From Utricularia gibba (Eukaryota > Plantae > Magnoliophyta): 64,000 nt of DNA. The notes below the pieces were generated by a model. It had not been told where the DNA came from and ran no database searches. It worked only from the letters and a program-made list of their open reading frames with translations. The translations under genes and the position numbers were made by a program. Of this stretch, positions 13,713 to 30,070 are shown piece by piece; the stretch's first letter is position 1, and each line of letters opens with the position of its first letter. Location: positions 2,418,001 to 2,482,000 of the forward strand of contig NEEC01000017.1 of NCBI GenBank assembly GCA_002189035.1, in the 5' to 3' direction.

Positions 13713-13849
13713 GGAAGTGGCAGTGCATTTGGTTGCACAAGGGGTAATTGGTAAGAGAGTGGACGAAATGGAGTCAGGGTTCATGATGGCTCTTGAATAC
13801 ATGATACAACTTGCTGAAAAGGATCAAGATGACAAGGTGCAATTCTGCA
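13713..13849 (+). pseudogene. 137-bp duplicate of part of PRDA1 exon 2 plus its donor site
   Basis: Matches 14871-15007 with a single mismatch (GAATAC vs GACTAC). Confidence 0.92.
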
Positions 13850-14298
13850 TTCGGCAGAATCAACACATTCCTGGCCATAAAACTATTAGAGATTGCATTA
13901 TACCTCAAAAAATGCCGAAGATACGTGAAATCCAAGCGGAAAAAAAAAATAGTGGCATCTTTGAAACTGTGGTGATTCCAATACAAAGCCAAGGCAAGAA
14001 ACAAAAGAATGACTGGGTCATTAGGTACCTGAAACGCGTTGTAAAACCCCATCCGAAACCTTCAGCGCCAACACCCCGTAGAAGTAAAACATGGGCATTG
14101 GGCAGCACCGAACCTCGCGAAAATTGGCGGGAAGTTGAACCGAACCGGTGAGTTTGGGTGGGCTTAATAGTTAATATTTGGGCCTAGAAAATAGTGGATT
14201 TTCTTTTTTTTTTGTTTTTGTTTTTGTTTTTTTTTTTTTGAGAAAAAGAGGCTGGTAGCTGATGAGTCTTTCTTCATATCGGAGCTTAATCGGTTTCC

Positions 14299-16250
14299 AT
14301 GGCGTGCGCCGCCGCGCCGTCTGTCTCTTTATCTTCCTCCTCTTTGTTTTCGTATGTTAAACCACCAATTTTCGTTGTAGGACATCGCAGTTTTCATCTT
14401 AAACGGTGTTATCGCCAGGCCAAAATATATTCTCTTGTTGCTTCTCGTGCTGCTCCGTTGAACAGCAACGTAATTGCTGACGAAGAAAAGTGGGATGCAG
14501 CTCATTATGAAGCTCTTATCTCTGGTGGTGAACAGGTCATATCTGTTCTTGAAGAAATGACCAAACTTGTGAGTCCTCATGTTTCATTTTTTTTCTTGGA
14601 ATTTTCCCGTGATATGAGCATTTAGGTTATCCATTAAAGGATATAAGCTTTTAATTTGCAAGAAGAAGTTCCTGTTTCTATAACCATCTTATCAATGTAT
14701 TGCGAATAAGCCTATTGGCTGTCTTGATTATTGAACTCTTGCAAACAAAAGTTCAGAATGTCATGCCCCAAATGGCCACAACTGAGTTCTGATTGCTTTT
14801 CTTTTTTCTTTTTTTTTTTTTTGTGGATGCGATGAAAGCTGTCTGATATGAACATTGATGAAACATCAGAGGAAGTGGCAGTGCATTTGGTTGCACAAGG
14901 GGTAATTGGTAAGAGAGTGGACGAAATGGAGTCAGGGTTCATGATGGCTCTTGACTACATGATACAACTTGCTGAAAAGGATCAAGATGACAAGGTGCAA
15001 TTCTGCAATACTTTATAGTAGGGTTGAAAATTTGTGCGTTGATGCTTTTGTATGTTGGGGCTGGGCTTTGTGCATTTTTTCATGAAGTCTTCTCAATTGT
15101 TTTATGTTACTATCCTTCGCATGTTTCAGAGGAAATCTCTGCTGGAGACGATTAAGGAGACTGTACTATCACATCTCACCAAAAAATGCCCTCCACATGT
15201 GAGAATCTTGTGACTTGGTGTGGCGAACTCTTTGTGAATTTGTAAATTTGGATGCTCGTTTTGTTTTTGTGTTTTTAGGTCCAGGTAGTTGGCCTTCTGT
15301 GCCGAACTCCATCAAAAGATAGCAGGCATGAACTATTAAGGAGGGTTGCTGCAGGAGGCGGTGTGTTCAAAGGTGAGGATGGCACAAAAGTTCATCTTCC
15401 TGGGGCGAACCTAAACGAGATAGGAAACCAAGCTGATGATCTTTTGGAGGTGAGTATGTAAAATCATTCTAATAATTCCATCCACAAGTGCTTAAATTTC
15501 TGTGGTTTTTTAATTAGACAATGGAATCACGTCCAGCCATTCCCGATAGAAAGCTGCTTGCAAGGCTAGTTTTGATCAGAGAAGAATCGAGGAACATGAT
15601 GGGAGGGGGGTTGCTGGATGAAAGAAATGACCGTGGCTTCAATACACTACCCGAACCTGAGGTTCATTCCTTACCTGCATAACAATTCGTTGAGTGCAAA
15701 AGCTTTCTGCATAAAGAACAATGCTGTTGTCTGTTTCCAGGTCAAGTTTCTTAGCAAACTGGTGGCATTACGACCGGGGAAAACTGTACGTGACATGATA
15801 AAGGCTGTAATGGAAGGAAAAAACGAGGGTGAAGACTTTTCCGGAAAGGTAAGCTACACCAATGCAATATAAGATGAACCTTTCATCAAGGTGATGCCTT
15901 TACTCTTGCTAACTTCCGTGCTGATCTCCAGGGAGGTGATGCTCATCACAGTTCATTACCTGTACGCCCTGGAATGTTTCTTGAAACTGTTTCTAAGGTA
16001 TCCATATATTCTGTTCTTCCGGAAGATGATAGCATCGCCACTAAAGAGTGCTGGTTGATGGAAATCAGGTTTTAGGTAGTATATATGCCGGAGACAAGTC
16101 AGGAATCACAGCACAGCACCTGGAATGGGTACACTCCTGCGCCATTGCTTCATTACAATGCCTGGTAGTTGTGTTGTATTAACTGATGTTTTTGTTGTGG
16201 TACAGGTTCATCAGAATACACTGCAGATACTTCAAGAGATTGCCTTCTAG
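14299..16250 (+). CDS. PRDA1: PEP-RELATED DEVELOPMENT ARRESTED 1, chloroplastic
   Basis: Exons 14299-14568, 14839-14994, 15130-15198, 15279-15449, 15518-15661, 15741-15848, 15932-15997, 16069-16128 and 16206-16250. Motifs QGVIGKRVDEMESGFMMALDYMIQLA, TKKCPPHVQVVGLLCRTP, LPVRPGMFLETV. Confidence 0.9.
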
Positions 16251-16844
16251 TTTCAACACTTGTACTATGAACATATTGACACGAACGGACAGTTTCAAAG
16301 ACATGGTATCTTTGTTACCATCAATACAATTCTTTTTTATCATATAGACGAAACGTCATAACCCAATATATATTTACTAAATTAATTATTTGAATTTAAT
16401 TGTGTTTTGTGGAATAATAAAAATTATTATTTTAAGAATAATAATGTTCTATGCTATTTACGATCCGCTTTTGCCCTCTGTCCTCGCCCTGGAAAATTGC
16501 GATTGGTGTCTCTGGTCATTCTGGAACCCTATTCTCAACGGAAACGCTGACAACGCACGCGCCGCCGATCTATTTGCTGTTCCAGGTGAGCTTATCGCTT
16601 CCAATTTGGGTATTATGTTCTCTTATCGCCGTATCGGCATTTTTTATGCGTCCATGAGTAGCTCGCTGTTATGCAGTTCGCGGTTATCGTCTTTGTGGTT
16701 TTTAACTGGAACACTTTGAGGATCAGCTGTTGGCAAGTGGGAATTTTTTTTTTTTTTTTTTTTGCGTTGGAAGTGTTTGATGAGTTTCATGGAGTATGCC
16801 ATTCCTTACGGGCCTAATTGTTTTCGTGCAGTCTGTGTTTCTAG

Positions 16845-17644
16845 ATGTTGAGGAGCAGGAAATTGGTGAGTAAGGGCGAGCCAACGGCAGCACACTATGC
16901 TTTTGGTCCTGTTGAAGATGACATCATCATCAAATACAGGCTGCTTACACGGACAACAACGACAAGGGGGGAACCACCATTGAAGAAACTTCAAAAAAAG
17001 TTCGCAGCTTTTACACACGAAATCGAGAAAGAAGCTGAAAATCATGCAGAATGTGAGAGGCTTGCCAAAGCTTTTTTGCAAGAGTTGCACACTTTCGAGA
17101 TTCCATTGCTCAAAAGCAGAGCTGTGATGGATGCAAACGTTAGAGAGAAGGAAAATTTCAATGAGTTGAAAGATGAAATAAACAGGCAGATTTTGGCTGC
17201 ACAGAAAGATATAGAGGATTTGAAGAAACAGTTGGAAGAAAGTAAGATTGAGAGGCAGCACAAAGAGGAGTGTGAAGCCATTAGGAAGCTGATTGCCGTG
17301 CAGCCGCCAAGATCAGAAACACAGGAAGTTATCAATGAACTGGAGAAGGAGATTGCAACATTGGAAGCTGAAAACGCAGCTGGTTCAAGGACACTCGACC
17401 TACGCAAGAAGCAGTTTGCCCTCCTCCTACATGTGGTATGTTTTTTCTTGGAGTTGTTGTTGATAACACACCAAACCTTGTAAAGTATATTTAACATGTT
17501 TAATGTTAGGTGGATGAATTGCAAAACACGATCGAGGAAGATCAAAAGAGCATAGCTGAGGAAATAAGATCAGCAATTGATGAGCCCATGCAAGCTCTTC
17601 TGGAGTCTGCTAATGGTAGTGCCGATGCCATGGCTGTTGATTAG
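16845..17644 (+). CDS. THO7: THO complex subunit 7
   Basis: Exons 16845-17435 and 17510-17644. Motifs [22 protein letters not shown] and [17 protein letters not shown]. Confidence 0.95.
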
Positions 17645-17944
17645 AATTTGCCTCGACAGATTACATTATTGGTGGAACTTGTGCTAATTCCCTTGTCTTG
17701 TGAAACGTCATATATGATGTTTTATTGTTGCCATGGAGTACGTGAATGTAGTGTATTAGTAGAAACTATAGCCAGACAGCAGCATTAAGCCAAATGAAAC
17801 GTGGTGCTTTCTCCAGCAAGAATGAAATGCGACGTTCACAGCATAGGCAAAAAGCACCAACAGTAGAAGGAACGGAACATCCGCTGCAGGCAACCACTTC
17901 TTTGTCCATTTCTTATTACAAAGACAACTTGCATTTCACATCCT

Positions 17945-19824
17945 TCACAGGGAAGGAGAGGAAACGAACTGTCTTGAAAAGCCGAACGGATCGTTGTCAT
18001 CGAAAGTAGAAGCCCACTGATCCCTGGGACCATTGGGGATTGGCTGCAAAGAAGATGCTACACCTGCCTCCGGCGACAATGGAACCACCATACCATTCCC
18101 AGTTGTGAGGTCTGGCCTCATGGTAGGCTTCAGACCCAGGCTATATCGAAACGACTCGCCTGGATGACTGTTTTTCTGAGATGAGTAATTCATTCCGGGC
18201 CATGATCCGCTGGATCTTGATGCTAGTGACCTCGTGTCTAAACTCCAGTCTATGTTGGCATAATCAAATTGTGGCATAGAGCTGCCTGCCTTCCAGTCAA
18301 ATGTAGATGACCCTGATGAACAGCTGGCGCCGAGCCCTGAAAACAGTCCAAGGGAGGAAGCTTCCGCCAGTGTTGATGATGCACCGCCCCTACTCCAAGA
18401 AATATTGGGCCTGCTGCTTTCTTGGGGATCAGTTGAGCTAATGTTGGATAAGTGCTTCTGTGGCGGAAAATGTAGTTGACTGTACAAAGAATGCGGATTA
18501 ACCCCATTGCCAAGGCTTCTCGAGATGGCAATAGGTGATAATGACCCATTGGGCTTCGCCATATCAATCCCACTAGAATGCCAACCCATGGCTGCCCCAG
18601 TTGGAGGAGAGCCTGCAGTTGAGCTAGAAGCCAGGTTTCCATTTATGGATTGATGCCGCTGCATAACAACAACTGGTTCCCTGGACTCGACCTGTAGATT
18701 CTTCAAATCATCCCTAAAGCCAGATGATGAGATTCAATCTTGAATGGAGGCGGGGCAGCTTGTAATGCATTGGAAACAGAAGGAATCAAGGTCAAACTTG
18801 ACCATCTTTTATCCATGGGGACAGTCTTAGGCTGCGGCTTGGACCAGTCCACCTTATAAGGTGCTTTTCTCACTTCTAGCGTACCCTTTGAGCTATTATC
18901 AACGGAAGGACCCATCAGCCCCTCAACTCTAGTATAGTTGAAATCCTTGCCATCTCTTTTCTGTTGCATACTGGCAGATGCCATGATATTCAGCCGCCCG
19001 CTCATTGAAATCTGGCCAACATCCGCTGTCAGCTTGGCTTCTGCTATAGCAGGGGCAGCAATATTTTCCTGTTTCGATGCCTTCAACACTTCTTCAGCTT
19101 TTTCAATGTTCCCCTCACAAGCAACAATGGCTCTTTCCACTTCCTGCTTGGAAACCTTGTATCTTATTTCCAAGCCTGTGATTTTTTCAAGCTCTTCTGA
19201 TATATCAATTTTTAAATTTCCCCCACTGTCTATACTGTGTTCTGCGTGATTGGACTCCTCACCGCCCTCAAAAAGCCATGCCACTGACTCTTCTAACCTA
19301 CCCTCATTGAGAATCAGGGCCATTGTGGCTCGTTCTATTGTAAACCCCATTGCCACAAGCTGCTGAGCTAACGCTTCAAGCTTCCTTGACATTAGATAAC
19401 CACTGCATCGCTCATGCAGTTCCTGAGCCCGCTTCTCCCTTTGCCGCTGATGTTTTTTCTCATTTTTCAGGCGTGTTTTTTCTCTTTTGTCATTGCCAGC
19501 TCCTGGAATAGGCTCCTGCCGTGATGGCTGAGAAATTTTCTCCTTGTGATCTTCTGATTCACCAGACCAGCTGCCATTGTTGGAAATAGAGTCAACTTCA
19601 ATCCCGGCTCCCAAAGAGTTTCCATTATTATCGTCCATATCATCTGTGTTGCGAAATCGACCATTCATATGAAGAGGACTGCCAGAAGGGATCGGTACAC
19701 CTTCAAATGTATTGAGTGTGCCCAAAATAGGATTGTACCCACTTGAAGGAATCCCAACACTGGCACTAGCGTCAGCTCTGGAAGCGTTTTTATCTTTGGC
19801 TTTAGAATGGGGTGCTGGAGACAT
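17945..19824 (-). CDS. UBA/TS-N domain-containing protein (single coding exon)
   Basis: Two abutting ORFs are joined by +1 nt near 18710 (GGG AAT GAT TTG, reading GNDLKNLQ). UBA motif LAQQLVAMGFTIERATMALILNEGRLEESVAWLFEG. Confidence 0.85.
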
Positions 19825-21209
19825 GATGCTCAGTTCAGGTTGTTATTCTAGCTTCAAAAGATGAAACGGGTTACTTTAATCGTGTTAATCAAGTTAAGGA
19901 AAACTACAAAAAAAAAAAGAGCTATGAACACGGGTTTAACAGACATAATAATTAACAAGGGCAACTCAGAAAAAAAAAACGCTCTACTATACGCATCAAA
20001 ATAATATCCAAGATGCCACAAGAAACGATTTCAACGTATTCCATGAAAAAGGCTAAGCTCCTGGAGGCCAAACCAGATGCAAAAGAATCACGTAGAAAAA
20101 TCAAAGAAGAAGCACATTGACCGATATCCATATGTGAAAAGAGAAGAGCAGGACGTAATGCCCTAACCACGGAACTACCAATCTCCCTACACCACCGCCC
20201 ACTGCTCGAATCTAAACAATCTCCACGGGAAGAACAAAATTAACAAAGATAAACTCCGCCGCAGCCCTAACCTCCTCAGAAGCAAAAACGAAAACTATAA
20301 AACACAGCGACGGCGGCCTCACCTCTAACAGATCTCGATCAGCGGTGGGCGAGCACGGCTGAAAATGAATTTCAGGAGTGGGGCGAGCGAATTGCAGGCA
20401 GAATCGCGATTGAGAGATGTGTAATTGCGTATGCTTGGAGGGTCTGTTGCCAAAATGTATATAAATAGCGCAGCGTAAGGCTGTAAAGGAGTCCACCCGT
20501 GGACTTACTGTGCATAATCGCCCACATTTGAGGTTGGAATTCAACCCATTCCCCAGACCTTTCTTCTAGAAAACATACATAATTGTTCTTATTAAAAAAA
20601 TAGAAATTCACATATCGATATACTTCCTGAAATCCACATTTTGAACTCACATTTACATATATGATCTAACCAAATATGGCGCTGTTATTGGAATCCGATC
20701 GGACCACCCTCGGAATGAGAACTGGGAGTGGTTGTTCTCAAGTTTGGATACACATGAACAGTGAAGAGATGGCCTTCAAGAAGATGCAAAGGCAGACGTA
20801 GTGCAGTAAAGACAATCTTTCACATGTCTATCTTCACTTTAGCCTTACGTGCACCAGACAGCATTCTCATTCGTGCAATGAGAGGATATCACAGTCATGC
20901 ACACGACACACAGGGGGTGAACTGCACCAGGTGCTTGCTTCTTTGAGCAGAGTTATGGAAGCCGCACAGTGATTTATAGCATGAAGGGTCACTGAAAAGC
21001 AGCAGGTCTGATCTGATCATGTAATGAAGACATATCACAATCATGAACACAGGGGAACCACGGGAGCTTCTTTGAAGATGGTGGAAAGAAGCCGATGCTT
21101 ACAGGTTTACAACGGAAGGAGAAACTGAATCCCATGAAAACAGTGGTATGGGGGATTATTCATATGGTAATAAGAAGTGGGATCACCAGCAGCAGCAGCA
21201 GCAGTCAGA

Positions 21210-21676
21210 TCAAGCAGTCCCAACCTCCTTAAAGTCCTCAACTTGTTTGAAATTCAGCCATGGTTTCACCCAAACCTTGGCCTCGTACACTTTGTCCTGC
21301 CCACCATCTGCAGCATCAAGAGTGATGTAGTACATGGTACCAGCTACCACTTGCCGCCTCACATTCGTAACCTTCTTGAACTCCAACAGAGCGTTCTGCA
21401 CGAAGGCGAGTTTCAGAAAAGGGAAAAATCCCAAATTGATTTCCAAATTGAAACCCTAAAACGTCAAATCTCGATCCAGAAACCGTAGGCCGCAAACAAA
21501 CATCGCGATCCATTTACGGAAACCGGAAACAAGAATCAGACGTAAAATAAAGGAGGAGCGAAGAGACACAAAACCTGCTTCTTATTGTGATCATCGACCG
21601 CAAAACGAGCAAGTTCGTCGATCTCCAAACTGTTGGCGGCGCTTCCGTATTCAGTAATCCCTCCAGCGAAAGCCAT
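21210..21676 (-). CDS. Phytocystatin (cysteine protease inhibitor)
   Basis: Exons 21676-21575 and 21395-21210. N-terminal GG, LARFAV, QVVAG and KPW motifs. Confidence 0.96.
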
Positions 21677-22086
21677 ATCGTGATCTCTGTATAGCAAATG
21701 GGAGACTCTTCGAAACAAATGGCGTCGATGTAACGCGTATGGGATCCTATTTGACTCTTGGGCTGGCCGACCTGCCTTCCCCCACTTTGTCCAAATAAGA
21801 CAGATGGGAGTGGACGGACAGCAGCGTTCTCAAATCCCCGATCGGACCGGATGGTTAAAACCTGGGTTAGGCGTCCATGTCCCCATGGAGGAGTATTCAA
21901 CACAGCATCATGCACCTGGAATGACTTGCGTTTCTTTAATTGATCAAGATGGAATCTCAACAGATTTAAACCAAATGTGATCGTCCGTCTCATGGAGGTA
22001 AAAGAGAGCCATCGAAAGATGCGGGCACAGGCCACTACAAATTTCTGGGTGCACTCAGAAATATGCCCTGCTATCGATCATTCCCA

Positions 22087-23456
22087 ATGGGTGCTTCACG
22101 TTTTGTTCAGGAACTCGACGTCAAGGAGCTGGATATCCTATAACCATTCAGGGGATTCACACCATTCCTCCCCGGGGACGTTTTGCACCTCACTACTTGT
22201 CCAACCTGGACGATATGGTCGGCGTGCGGGTCTTCACTCCAACAGTCTATTTCTACCACCCCCAGGGTCTGATATCACGCAATGACTGCGTGTTTCGGGT
22301 GATGAAGGAGGCTTTAGTGAAGGTGCTGGTGCCTTACTATCCCTTTGCAGGACGAATAAGGGAGCCGGAAAATGGGAAGCTTGAAGTTTTCTGTGCACCT
22401 GATCAGGGGGTTCTTTTCATTGAGGCGCATTCGGATGCATCACTAGCAGATCTGGGTGACTTATCCGTGCCAAACCCTGCGTGGAGGAGACTGATTCACT
22501 CGTTCCCGGATGAGGAGCAGTACAAAGTAGTGAACATGCCGCTGGTCATAGCTCAGGTGACTAAATTCAGGTGTGGTGGATTCAGCCTTGGCTTGAGACT
22601 GTGTCATTGCCTCTGTGATGGACTTGGCGCGATGCAGTTTCTTTCTGCATGGGCGGAGATGGCGAGATCGAACACATCTGTCGTCATTCCCGATCCGTGC
22701 TGGGACAGAGAGATCTTCCTGCCGAGAGACCCGCCAAGGGTAGAGTTCGAACACGAAGAGTTCAAGAGCCTGGAGGAAGGATCAAGCCTGACTAGGAGTC
22801 TTTGGGAGGGGAAACTAGTGCAGAAATGCTATGGAATCAGCAGGGATTATCAAGTGCATCTCAAGCTAGTTGCACAAGCAAATGGTGTACCTTGTTGTAC
22901 CACCTTCGATGCAATGGCTGCTCACGTTTGGAGATGCTGGGTAAGGGCAATGAAGGTGGAGCCCCAGGATTACGAGCTTCGTCTCACCTTCTCCGTCAAT
23001 GCTCGCGGCAAGCTCAAGGATCCTCCCCTGAGGAGTGGCTTCTACGGTAACGTGCTTTGCGTTGCATGCGCCACAACCACCGTCGAGCGTCTGGTCGATG
23101 GGTCCTTATCTGAGACAGCACGTCTCGTGCATGTGGCGAGATCAAGGATCACTGAAGAGTACTTGAGATCCACCATAGACTACATTGATGTTCATAGGCC
23201 TAGAAGGCTTGAATTTGGAGGAAAACTCACCATCACACAGTGGACCAGGTTCCCGATGTATGAATCAGCTGATTTTGGGTGGGGTGAGCCGTTTTATGTC
23301 GGTCCAATGGACCTCACTCCGACGCCACAAATGTGTGTATTCTTGCCTGAGGGAAGAGACAGGGAAGGAAATGGCGGAATGATGCTCTGCATATGCTTAC
23401 CAGATTCAGCTTCCGATAGCTTTGGAAGAATGCTGATGGAGCATGCGGTCCAGTAA
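22087..23456 (+). CDS. BAHD acyltransferase, omega-hydroxypalmitate O-feruloyl transferase-like
   Basis: Intronless, with HCLCD (HxxxD) and DFGWG motifs and YLSNLDDMVGVRVFTPTVYFY. The ATG at 22087 joins the long ORF if one C is added at 22137-22138. Confidence 0.9.
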
Positions 23457-23675
23457 AGTCGAAACAAACATTGAACCACTGATGCCATTGCCATTATGTC
23501 TTCCACATTTGGGGTGAGAGGGAAGAGAAGCATGCCCACAAACATGGGAATGTCATAAATTTAAACTAATGAAATAGATGATCCTCGTAGTTCAAGCGCA
23601 TAAGTCAATAAGGCAAACCGGAGACAGCACATATACCAGGAAACAATACATGAACGATGTAGTACCAAAAGAACC

Positions 23676-24491
23676 TCAACCCAAATGACAGAAGTATGAC
23701 AACAGAAGCGCAGTCAGTCCAATGAGCAGGCCGCCGTATCTTGAGTTTCTGGTTGCAGAAGAGCTTTCTGTGCGAGTGCTGGATTCCGGAGCTCCTACCG
23801 GTGTTCCTTGATTTAATGTGGGAGTAACAGGGGCTGGACCTAGACCAAAATTTGCAACTTTTCATCAATTTAAACAATAAATACCCTGTAGAAACTCTTT
23901 TGAAACGACATAAGTCAAGGTTGCTACATTTTCTAAGCACTTTCAACTAAGATCCAATCACACTAATTTGTCATGCACTACAGGAGGGTAAACAAAATCT
24001 GACTACACGGCGCGTACCAGCTGAAGGACCTTCAGCAGGTGGAGAAGCAATGGTCGAACCTGGGAAATTGTAAAACATCAGAACTAATCAGGATTAATTC
24101 GTGAAGGCGAAGTTGAAGGTGTTCATCACTGACCGGTGACGGCGCACTGACTGAGAGAAAACGTGACTTTGCAGGTCGCCGGTAGAGAGATAGCTCTGGA
24201 GAAATCGATGGGAAGGCCGAGCTGATTGGCATTCGCCGCCATCTGGCAAAGACAAGCAGGCCTAGTAGCCACCAAATTGGAGAGCTCCGGGCAGCAGGCC
24301 GGATCCGGCCTCGCCAAGGTACTTCCGTTCTGAACATAGGACAGACAGTCCGCCAAACCAGCGAGCACCGTCATGCAATCCGAGTCAGGAGTCGGCGACG
24401 CGCCTTGTGAAGCAACGAGCGACAGATCCGCCGCCAGTAGAACCACCGCGGCGAGGAGAAGGTACTTTGCGGTTGCTGTGGGCGGCGCCAT
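23676..24491 (-). CDS. GPI-anchored non-specific lipid transfer protein (LTPG/xylogen-like)
   Basis: Exons 24491-24134, 24059-24018 and 23839-23676. Signal peptide, 8-Cys C-C-CC-CxC-C-C motif, Pro/Ser/Thr linker and hydrophobic tail GGLLIGLTALLLSYFCHLG*. Confidence 0.9.
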
Positions 24492-25202
24492 CGATCTGAT
24501 TCCTTCCTCCTTCCACCCTAGCGGCAGCAGCAGCCTGTGAGCAACGGGTTGTAATCACATGTACCGATTTATAAAGCTCTGCTCTGCTCTCTTCTGCGAA
24601 GTAGGTGAAGCATTAAAGAAGGGCACCGGAGCATTGTCGTTTATTTAAATTATTCATTATTCGAAAATTAAAAAAAGCTAGAATAATATTAAATTCATCA
24701 TTCTTATGATCAAATAATAACTAAAAAAAATCATAATTTACAAAATTCAGGTATTATTTTATTTTCCGGAAAATAAAAAAGCAAATGGGTATGGGTATGG
24801 GTGTGCGTTGGGGAGATCGGCGGTGGCGAAAGTGACATTAAATGTGCGCTGGACTGCGCTGCACTGACTTTCTTTAATTGGCGTAGGGGCAATTTTTAGT
24901 TTTATTTTTACATTGGATCTGGACAGCAGTAGCAGCATTTCCTCCTCCCACATGCAACCCTATCTTTACCCCCCCCCCCTTATTTTTTTAATTCTTTTTA
25001 TTTACGGGAATTTTCTTAGGATAAATAGTATTAAAAAATACTGGTGTGGAATTTCTTTGCTTATTATCATCGGGATTTGTTTTCCTATTTTTTGTTTGTT
25101 TGTTTGTTGTTAACTGGTCCTGGACATTGAAAATGTTGAGGTAAGGTGGCTGCTGTTGGTTGCTCAATCCTTCTCATCGATCACGGACGGGTAGGGGGGG
25201 TG

Positions 25203-27834
<2,632 letters not shown>

Positions 27835-28284
27835 CAACAAGCCATATGCAAATATGAAACCTGTTGGCACAGTAATGTTTATGTCTGTCTATGGACCATA
27901 GTAAGCTCAGCATCTGAGAAATAACTGCAACTAAAAACGAATACAAAATAAATATCACTTGTTGGTCTTCAGCATCAGATAATAAAAAAGTGCACAAACA
28001 GGGATAGAATATAATGATGGTTTTCCAGCTATGCAGAACCATCAGGAATTTAATGAGGATTGATCCGAACTCCGACATGCCTCGCATGGTTCACGCTGCA
28101 ATTTATGATCACCTTCCCCCATTGAAGGTACTTGTGTAGGAACAGCTGTCAAGTCTAACAGAAAGCAAAAAGGGGGGTCTCATGGTTCCCTGAACCTTTT
28201 TTAAGCAGAAAACGAAACAAAATGAAGATGTTGAAGGGTGAATAAGGGAAAAAGGTTTGGAAACAGAGAACTCTAGGAACGAAA

Positions 28285-30070
28285 TCAGTATGTAGGAATA
28301 GATGGATCCACTTTCACGGCATATTCATGAATCCCACCAGATACGTTGAACACTCTGCTGAAACCCTGTGATGATTGAAAAATATATTCACCGAGTTAGG
28401 AATCCTGGCATCTCTCCATATGCATGTATTGACTTATAAAACATCACACAGTAAAAGCAATAGCATCAAAAGGGATACTCAAGATTTTGACAGATATAAT
28501 CCAAGCAGTAGTATTCAGATACACTCTAATTGATTCCAATTCTAAAAATTGAAATGTGAACTTAGTTATAGACTGTCTCAAAATTAGGGGAGAGCGGCAG
28601 ATGCAAGGACCACAGACCTGTGTCTGCAACCACTGTGCAACTTGCAAAGAGCGCATACCATGATGGCACTGCACAGAAAAGTAAATTTTTACAGTACAAA
28701 ATTGCGGGTATCCACAAAAATCAGTGAACAACAAAATATTGCTGGGGGAATTGAATCACTGCTACCATAACATATGTATCCTTTTCTGGATCAAGCTCTG
28801 TGGTAATTCCTGGACCCCAATTTCCAAACTGGCGAAGAGGGAAAACTTTGAAACCTGGCAATGAAGCTTTAGCCCTGTGATGGTTAAAAAATTTCAGAGA
28901 CATTTAAATCAGGCTATAGATATGACAGAGCAGAAATCAAAAGCATGATCATTCGGTTAGGTGCAATGAATCCAACAATAAATTGAAAACTCTTGTGCCA
29001 CTTTAGAAGAAAAAGTGGGATCCAAAATTATTAACGTACACTTCATCAGGTTCTCTAACATCGATAAGCTGTGCGTTGTCTAAAAATGACGGATCTTGCA
29101 TTTTTTCTTGGAGCTCAATAGGCTGGATTTGTCCGAGAACTGCACTGTCCCTGCAAAATACAAGGACTAAGGCATTGAATGCCATTCACGAATTTCATCA
29201 AGATCACTTTTTGCAAGCTGATACTCCGTGACTATATTGAAGATTACCTTTCAGACAGAACTTGCAGCAAATGCCATCCAAATTTTGTCTTGCACCTCAC
29301 AACTTCATTCAGAGGAGCATTGAATGCCGCCTCCTCAAATTCTTGCACCTTATGTTAACAAACATAAGTTCCGCATTGTTTGAATCAAATTCATATAAAA
29401 GGGATCAAATACTAAAACTGATAGCTTACCATCTGCCCCTTTCTCACCCAACCAAGCATACCACCCTCCTCTTTCGATGGACATATGGAGTATTCTACAG
29501 CCAAGTCACCTAAATCCTCTGCTGGTCGTCAAAAGTAACTCAGTCACCCAACTGACATTACGAAATTACACCAACAATGTGGAGGATGTTCGCACTTTCG
29601 GCATCAACATGGCACCGAAAGGTAGAAGTAGACATATAAAATAACCTTCAGCAGCTCTCTTTTGCAACTGGAGCAGAAGCTTCTGATCCTCCTCTTTAAC
29701 AAGTAAATGCTGGACTAATATTTCCCTCCCAGATTCGGAATTGCTATCGGGGCTGTATGACGCTTGAGCAGTATCGAACAATATAAACATCTCAACGTTC
29801 ACACCGCACGAAAGAGGTAGAAGGTGCAAACTTGAAATTACCTGCCGCCCCGGGTAGCCATGCCTGCCGATTCTTCCTCATAAACCCATCGAATTTGATG
29901 CGGGAAGTGAGGAAATGTATCGAACGCCTGCTAATGGGGTTAAAAGGGTGATGAGTTCGCGAATCGGTGAGGAAGCAGCGTGGAGGAGCAGGAAGAAACC
30001 CGAACACGGGCGAGCGGGTAGAGAGAACGAGGGAGGAAAGATGAATCATTGAAGCTCTCTGCAGCAGCAT
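28285..30070 (-). CDS. STR12: Rhodanese-like/PpiC domain protein 12
   Basis: Eight exons. Parvulin motifs EILVQHLLVKE, SICPSKEEGGMLGWV, TKFGWHLLQV and rhodanese motifs LIDVREPDE, CHHGMRS, NVSGGIHEY. Confidence 0.92.

Noticed and set aside
13711-14151. 146-aa plus-strand ORF as an independent gene
   Set aside because: Its only recognisable part is the duplicated PRDA1 exon, read through the donor into non-coding sequence.
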